From Flammeovirgaceae bacterium UBA4465 (lineage in GTDB: Bacteria; Bacteroidota; Bacteroidia; Cytophagales; Cyclobacteriaceae), in the NCBI GenBank assembly GCA_905182655.1, contig CAJJCN010000031.1, positions 9,344 to 73,343 of the forward strand: a stretch of DNA of 64,000 nucleotides. Reading direction: 5' to 3'. The position numbers and the translations under genes were made by a program. The notes beneath the pieces are model-generated. The model did no database searches. It saw only the letters and a program-made list of their open reading frames with translations, and was not told where the DNA came from. This document shows positions 58,981 through 64,000 of the stretch, in pieces. Position 1 is the first letter of the stretch, and every line of letters starts with the position of its first letter.

Positions 58981-61077
58981 CTACAAATCTAACATCCAAT
59001 AACCATCTTCTTTTATATTATGTACAGGTACATTCATTTCATGAGCCCAAGTACTGATTTTATCGGCATAATATGGAGAACAATTCGAACCAATGACCAA
59101 TACTCCTATGTTTGAATGCTTCAATAAATACTTAAAATCTAAGGTTAACTCCTCAGTAATGATCACATAATCTGCGGTTAAAGACTCCTCTAGCTCCCAC
59201 TTTTGATTGCTTTTATTTATAAATATAATTTTACGTCCTTGCCATAAAAAAAAATGAAAAGGGCCCAAGTGTTTCATCTCCTGGGCCTTAAATAATTCAG
59301 TCAGGTCAGTTGAGGCGCTCGGGAGTCCTAAAGACCCACGAAATGGATCTATGTTCCATTTCAAGCTTGCAGAAGTCCCACGGTTGTACCGATCAATCAT
59401 TAAACGTGCAGAATGACCATCAATGACATCTACACTCATTTGATCTTGCGTATCATAGATCACAAGCATTTTTCTTTCATTCGCTTTAAAATGAGTAAAC
59501 AGAATAATAGATTGCCAAAAAATGATGAGTAGTAACCCAAATAATAACCGAATAAATGACCTTTTTTTAAAAGCCAGCAGGCATACTATCAGTATCAAAT
59601 AACTCACTAAAACTTCATTCGAATGAAGATACAAGCCCGATATCTTACTGTACGGTAACTGCTCAATCCAAATGACATAGACATTCATAAAACCTATCAA
59701 ATGTTCAAGCACCCATCCGATATATAAGTGGCTTGGGTCGGAAAATAAAGAAATTACTAATAATACAACTGCTACGATAAGAATGACAAAAGCGGAGGGT
59801 ACTACCCATAAATTGGATAGCAAAAAATAAGTAGGAAGCTGGTGAAAATAAAAAATCGTAATAGGAAGAGTAGCTATTTGTGCTGCCAAAGAAGTACACA
59901 TGAGCGCCCAAAAATAATCCCCTACTGGATTTTTTATGGCCCAGCAATTATAGAACATGGGAAAATAAATAACAATCCCCGTCACAGCAATAAATGAAAG
60001 TTGAAAACTAACGGCATAAATCATATTTGGATCTATCAAAAGCAATACAAATGCGGTCAGCGCAATCGAATTATAAATATTAGAAGTTCTATGATTCATT
60101 TCGCTCAAAGCCAAAATAGAAAACATGGTAGCTGCACGCATCACAGAGGGAGCTAGACCTGTTATAAATGCATAAAGCCAGAGTCCCAAGATGATCCCTA
60201 TACCATAGTAATAGCGACCTAAATATATATTTCTCAATGGTTTCAATAGAAAACCTAACATCAGAAAAATGATTCCAAGATGTAATCCTGATACGGCTAA
60301 GACGTGCATAGTACCCGAGGTAGCATAAGCTGATTTTAGCTCTTGATCCAAGTAATCCTTAACTCCAAGTACCAAGGCGACTACTACGGCCCTGGACTGA
60401 ATATCAGTAATCTGATTTTGAAATAGGTCTTTTGCCTTATTTCTCATTTGAAATGCCAAAGCGCGAATAGTAAAAATCGAAGCGGTATCTATCTCCAAAA
60501 TCGCAGCATCTGCCACATAAGATTGATGGTAAATTTGTTGGCGACTTAAGTATTTAGCATAATCGAAAACCATAGGATTTTTAGAGGATCTGACTTCAAA
60601 TAGGTTTCCAGATACATACAGATAAGATCCATAAGGCCTCACCTTTTTTTTTGCTTCTTTCAAAACATAGAGATGGGTTTTACCCTGCCTTTTAAAAGGC
60701 AAATCTCCAAGGAGTACCGAATCTACCTGAAATGTATATCTGACATATTTCTCTTGATCAATAGGATCATCCACAATCCATCCTGCAAAGGCTCTTATTT
60801 GCTGAGCATCTACATGACTCAAATGATGCGAATCTTTACGCTCATCGGTATAATAGGCCATGGCATATCCAATCATACTGATCATAAACAAACCCGTGAT
60901 CCCGGTGATGAATAAGGAATACTTCCTCATAACAAGCCAGAAGTAAAGAATCCCTAGCCCGAAAAATATTGAAAGGATGGAATAAAGCGCAATTTTAAAA
61001 TCAAAATCATAGATCCATATACCAAGGATCAAACTCAATAAATAGCGCAAAAAAGGATAGGCATTCCATTGATACAT
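58981..61077 (-). CDS. comEC: ComEC/Rec2-family membrane protein (DUF4131 plus competence domain)
   Basis: 698 aa, polytopic. Competence-domain motif GTMHVLAVSGLHLGI. No HxHxDH metallo-beta-lactamase motif is visible in the C-terminal ~170 aa. Confidence 0.85.
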   Translation of the reverse strand: MYQWNAYPFLRYLLSLILGIWIYDFDFKIALYSILSIFFGLGILYFWLVMRKYSLFITGITGLFMISMIGYAMAYYTDERKDSHHLSHVDAQQIRAFAGWIVDDPIDQEKYVRYTFQVDSVLLGDLPFKRQGKTHLYVLKEAKKKVRPYGSYLYVSGNLFEVRSSKNPMVFDYAKYLSRQQIYHQSYVADAAILEIDTASIFTIRALAFQMRNKAKDLFQNQITDIQSRAVVVALVLGVKDYLDQELKSAYATSGTMHVLAVSGLHLGIIFLMLGFLLKPLRNIYLGRYYYGIGIILGLWLYAFITGLAPSVMRAATMFSILALSEMNHRTSNIYNSIALTAFVLLLIDPNMIYAVSFQLSFIAVTGIVIYFPMFYNCWAIKNPVGDYFWALMCTSLAAQIATLPITIFYFHQLPTYFLLSNLWVVPSAFVILIVAVVLLVISLFSDPSHLYIGWVLEHLIGFMNVYVIWIEQLPYSKISGLYLHSNEVLVSYLILIVCLLAFKKRSFIRLLFGLLLIIFWQSIILFTHFKANERKMLVIYDTQDQMSVDVIDGHSARLMIDRYNRGTSASLKWNIDPFRGSLGLPSASTDLTELFKAQEMKHLGPFHFFLWQGRKIIFINKSNQKWELEESLTADYVIITEELTLDFKYLLKHSNIGVLVIGSNCSPYYADKISTWAHEMNVPVHNIKEDGYWMLDL

Positions 61078-61167
61078 TTAATTATACCGTTTTATACAAT
61101 ATAACTCATCAGTGAAAAAATTGCGTTATTGAATTTGGAAAATGTAATGAAATGATACTTATAGGAC

Positions 61168-61605
61168 TTAAGTTGTTTGAGACATCCTTTGATGGGTAAT
61201 CTCGGCTTCTTTAAATCTCGGCCCTACCGGTAAAAACCCTTGGTGGGCATAAAGGCTTATGGCTTCCAATTGCGCATTTAAATAGAGAAGTACTCCAGAT
61301 CCAAATTTACTTTTAATATCAACCAAAATGGATCTCAACAAATCAGCACCCAAACCTTTATTTCTATGAGTAGCCAATACTGCAAACCTTTCGAGTTTCA
61401 CGCCTTGAGAAGTTTCCCTCCAGCGCGCGGTCCCCACGGCATGGCCTTCTGCATCCATTGCTAAAAAATAATGAGCCGAGCTTTCTGCATCCTCATGTAC
61501 AATTTCCTCGGAAACACCTTGTTCGTTTACAAAAACAAGTTGTCTGACTTCATAAGATTTCTGCAATAATAAAGCTGAATCTGCCTGAAGAATCTTATGA
61601 TTCAT
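61168..61605 (-). CDS. GNAT-family N-acetyltransferase
   Basis: The ATG at 61605 (MNHKILQ) overlaps the phoH stop by 11 nt; the track's longer 61686 start would run inside phoH. Acetyl-CoA motif RNKGLGADLL. Confidence 0.8.
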   Translation of the reverse strand: MNHKILQADSALLLQKSYEVRQLVFVNEQGVSEEIVHEDAESSAHYFLAMDAEGHAVGTARWRETSQGVKLERFAVLATHRNKGLGADLLRSILVDIKSKFGSGVLLYLNAQLEAISLYAHQGFLPVGPRFKEAEITHQRMSQTT

Positions 61606-62620
61606 AATATTTATGGTAAGCTTTGATAATGCTTTTGACCAGACGGTGCCTAAGTACATCTCGTTCGTCAAGATGAACAAATCCAATATTTTTTGTCTCC
61701 TTAAGTACCTCTAAAACTTCTAACAATCCAGATTTTTGTCTTTGGGGTAAATCGATTTGAGACTTATCGCCCGTCACAATTACCTTTGAACTAGGGCCCA
61801 TACGTGTGAGAAACATTTTGATCTGACTTTGTGTCGCATTTTGAGCTTCATCCAGCAAAATAAATGCGTTATTGAGGGTTCTTCCTCTCATATAAGCCAA
61901 GGGTGCAATCTCAATAATATTATTTTCCTGATAAAATTTTAATTTCTCTGGAGGAACCATATCACTTAATGCATCGTAGATAGGTCTTAAATAAGGATCT
62001 ATTTTATCCTTCAAATCTCCTGGGAGAAACCCTAAACTTTCTCCGGCCTCTACCGCTGGTCGTGTAATAATTATTTTTGTTACGTCTTTATTTTTTAACG
62101 CCTTCACAGCCAAAGCTACCGATATATAAGTTTTTCCGGTTCCTGCTGGTCCTAAGGCGAAGACCAAATCATTTTTCTGTACGGCCATTACCAGTTTTTT
62201 TTGATTTGGGGTCTTGGCACTTATTTTAATCCCTTTGGTGCCATAAACCAATATTTCTGCCAAATCATTTTCATCATTCAGATGATTTTCATCTGCCAAA
62301 TATGAAATCACATGATCACGCGTGAGGTTTCCATATTTGTGATAATGGAGAATCAATGAATTCAAAATTTCATTGATCTTGACTAATTGAGGCGCGGCTC
62401 CCTGAATAGTGATCTCATTGCCTCTTGAGATTATTTTTGTGTCCGGAAAGGCCGACATGATCTCATTTATATTGGCATTTTCTGTGCCAAGAAAATCAAC
62501 CAAGGGTATGTTTTCTAGTGTAAATATTTTTTCGAGCAAGTGAAGTGTCTTTTTAAAATTGTCTTTGCCTATTTTTACCTTTGTATATTTAATAACAAAT
62601 AAAACAAATATTCTTTTCAA
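61595..62620 (-). CDS. phoH: PhoH-like ATPase
   Basis: Walker A GPAGTGKT and Walker B ILLDEAQN. The maximal ORF's TTG start at 62620 lies 2 nt from the divergent ATG at 62623, so the true start is probably internal, for example the TTG at 62539. Confidence 0.88.
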   Translation of the reverse strand: MKRIFVLFVIKYTKVKIGKDNFKKTLHLLEKIFTLENIPLVDFLGTENANINEIMSAFPDTKIISRGNEITIQGAAPQLVKINEILNSLILHYHKYGNLTRDHVISYLADENHLNDENDLAEILVYGTKGIKISAKTPNQKKLVMAVQKNDLVFALGPAGTGKTYISVALAVKALKNKDVTKIIITRPAVEAGESLGFLPGDLKDKIDPYLRPIYDALSDMVPPEKLKFYQENNIIEIAPLAYMRGRTLNNAFILLDEAQNATQSQIKMFLTRMGPSSKVIVTGDKSQIDLPQRQKSGLLEVLEVLKETKNIGFVHLDERDVLRHRLVKSIIKAYHKYYES

Positions 62621-62622
62621 AC

Positions 62623-63396
62623 ATGGCTCTAATCACTTTTATGTCTGATTATGGATTAGAAGACCATTATGTAGCTGCTACCAAAGGAACCCTACTAAGC
62701 CTCAATCCCCAGTTAACCATCGTAGATATCAGTCATGAAATTAAATTATCAGATATCAGCCATGGAGGTTATGTATTGCGCAATGCTTTTAAAAAATTTC
62801 CTAAGGGTACCGTCCATTTAATTGCGATGGACTCCTCCAGCAGATTGAAAAACAGATGGATTGGCCTGACTTTGGAAGGGCATCACTTCATCGGTACAGA
62901 TTCTGGGATTTTCAGTATTATAAGCAATGAAAACCCTTCATTAGTCGTTGAAATCGGTCCTATTAATCTAGAAAATGCTTATCAAAAAATGATCGGACAA
63001 GCGGTCAACGACCTGGCCATGGGACACGGTCTTAAGCACATTGGTAGGGTTATAACCGATCACCTTCAACTGATCGATCGAACCGCTAAAATAACGAAAA
63101 AAGGTATGATCGGCCATGTAATTCACATAGATCACTATGGCAATTTAATTACCAATATTCAGCATAGCGATTATCTTGAAATTCAGAAAATCAATGGACA
63201 GGTAACCTTCCAAATACAAATAGGTAGAGAGATTTTTGATCGATTGCATGAAGGCTATGATGCGGTAGATCCCGGTGAATGTTTTGTGTTTTTTAATTCT
63301 GAAAAAGTCTTGCAAATTGGTATTAATATGGGTCGGGCATCAGAACTTTTAGGTATCCGTATGGATGCTTCTATTTATATAAATTTCAATATTTAA
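62623..63396 (+). CDS. SAM hydrolase / SAM-dependent halogenase family protein (DUF62, S-adenosyl-L-methionine hydroxide adenosyltransferase-like)
   Basis: 257 aa. The ITFMSDYGLEDHYV N-terminus and DHYGNLITN are family hallmarks. Confidence 0.8.
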   Translation: MALITFMSDYGLEDHYVAATKGTLLSLNPQLTIVDISHEIKLSDISHGGYVLRNAFKKFPKGTVHLIAMDSSSRLKNRWIGLTLEGHHFIGTDSGIFSIISNENPSLVVEIGPINLENAYQKMIGQAVNDLAMGHGLKHIGRVITDHLQLIDRTAKITKKGMIGHVIHIDHYGNLITNIQHSDYLEIQKINGQVTFQIQIGREIFDRLHEGYDAVDPGECFVFFNSEKVLQIGINMGRASELLGIRMDASIYINFNI

Positions 63397-63686
63397 TGAT
63401 GCTATTGAGAATTGTCCGTATGGAATTTCAAGAAGAAAAAGTGGCTGAATTTCAAGACTTATTTAAAAATATTAAAGGTAAAATTTCTGATTTTAAAGGC
63501 TGTGAAGCTATTCATTTATATAGGGATCAGGATCAATTCAATGTTTTCTATACGCACAGTCATTGGCTATCTGTAGACCATTTAGATAAATACAGAGCGT
63601 CTGCTTTTTTTAAAACGACTTGGGCACAAGTGAAAGTTTTATTTGCAGATAAACCTCGGGCGTATTCTTTAATAGAAAAAAGCTAG
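63396..63686 (+). CDS. ABM (antibiotic biosynthesis monooxygenase-like) ferredoxin-fold protein
   Basis: 96 aa. Size and pattern fit the family (F..........GC......D......F...S.W.S......Y..S..F). TAATG overlap with the upstream gene. Confidence 0.55.
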   Translation: MMLLRIVRMEFQEEKVAEFQDLFKNIKGKISDFKGCEAIHLYRDQDQFNVFYTHSHWLSVDHLDKYRASAFFKTTWAQVKVLFADKPRAYSLIEKS

Positions 63687-64000
63687 TAAAGTGTAAGCTA
63701 TAAGCGGTCAACGTTGAAACTGCAAAACTTATCGCGCTGACTCTACATTTCCCATAAGCTTACGTCGTCAGTTCAAGCTCATCTTAAAAAATGGTATAAA
63801 GTAAGGCCATTACTGATGTAATAAGGATTTATCTGAAGTAAAACTAGACAGATTTAAGTGCACAAGGCGGTCAAGTTATTGAACTTTTTTATTGAAGACT
63901 TGAAAAAATTTGTTGTGTATATATATTTAGATAGTTAAACCAAAAAAACTTTAGGTCAACAAAAACAATTTTTTTCGATTCTGGGAATAATTCATATTCT

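Noticed and set aside
1-64000. A window-wide search for CRISPR arrays, IS/transposase or integrase genes, prophage genes, toxin-antitoxin pairs, and rRNA/tRNA/tmRNA/RNase P/SRP RNA signatures.
   Set aside because: By eye I found no spaced direct-repeat arrays, no transposase or integrase-like ORFs, no GGTTCGAATCC-type T-loops in a valid cloverleaf context, and no conserved RNase P or tmRNA motifs. A covariance-model scan would be needed to exclude small structured RNAs.

Overview
This window reads as a densely coding core-chromosome segment of a low-GC Bacteroidota genome (Cytophagia/Flavobacteriia-like). The lineage markers are a fused lpxC-fabZ gene, a PorX-type response regulator with a PglZ domain, a PorP/SprF gene, a cargo protein carrying a type-B T9SS C-terminal domain, a DUF3276 PUR-like protein, and TAnnTTTG-like -7 boxes. 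I support about 57 CDS. One is a 5'-complete hppA that runs off the left edge and is absent from the ORF track. Another is a 55-aa membrane ORF below the track cutoff. Most genes are housekeeping: valS, dnaE, pgk, trxA, ychF, recQ, gpsA, the lipid A genes lpxD/lpxC-fabZ/lpxA, tsaE and tsaC, and the norspermidine pathway. By eye I found no rRNA, tRNA, CRISPR array, IS element, integrase or prophage, and no obvious self-contained defence or toxin island. I therefore cannot claim a clearly novel system. The leads worth follow-up are: (1) a divergent PorP/SprF and 1,436-aa type-B-CTD cargo pair whose cargo is internally duplicated; (2) a DnaE with an N-terminally fused DEDDh (epsilon-like) exonuclease; (3) an ECF sigma/anti-sigma pair whose anti-sigma ends in a beta-barrel-like domain, divergent from a T9SS-plug-like gene; (4) a small islet of four uncharacterised genes behind a 504-bp non-coding stretch; (5) a 394-bp ORF-free gap between convergent genes that contains repeats; (6) a eukaryote-type PTPS (Cx5HGH) overlapping folE; (7) a PlsB/GPAT-type acyltransferase overlapping gpsA. 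All functional calls rest on motif recognition by eye. No database searches were run.
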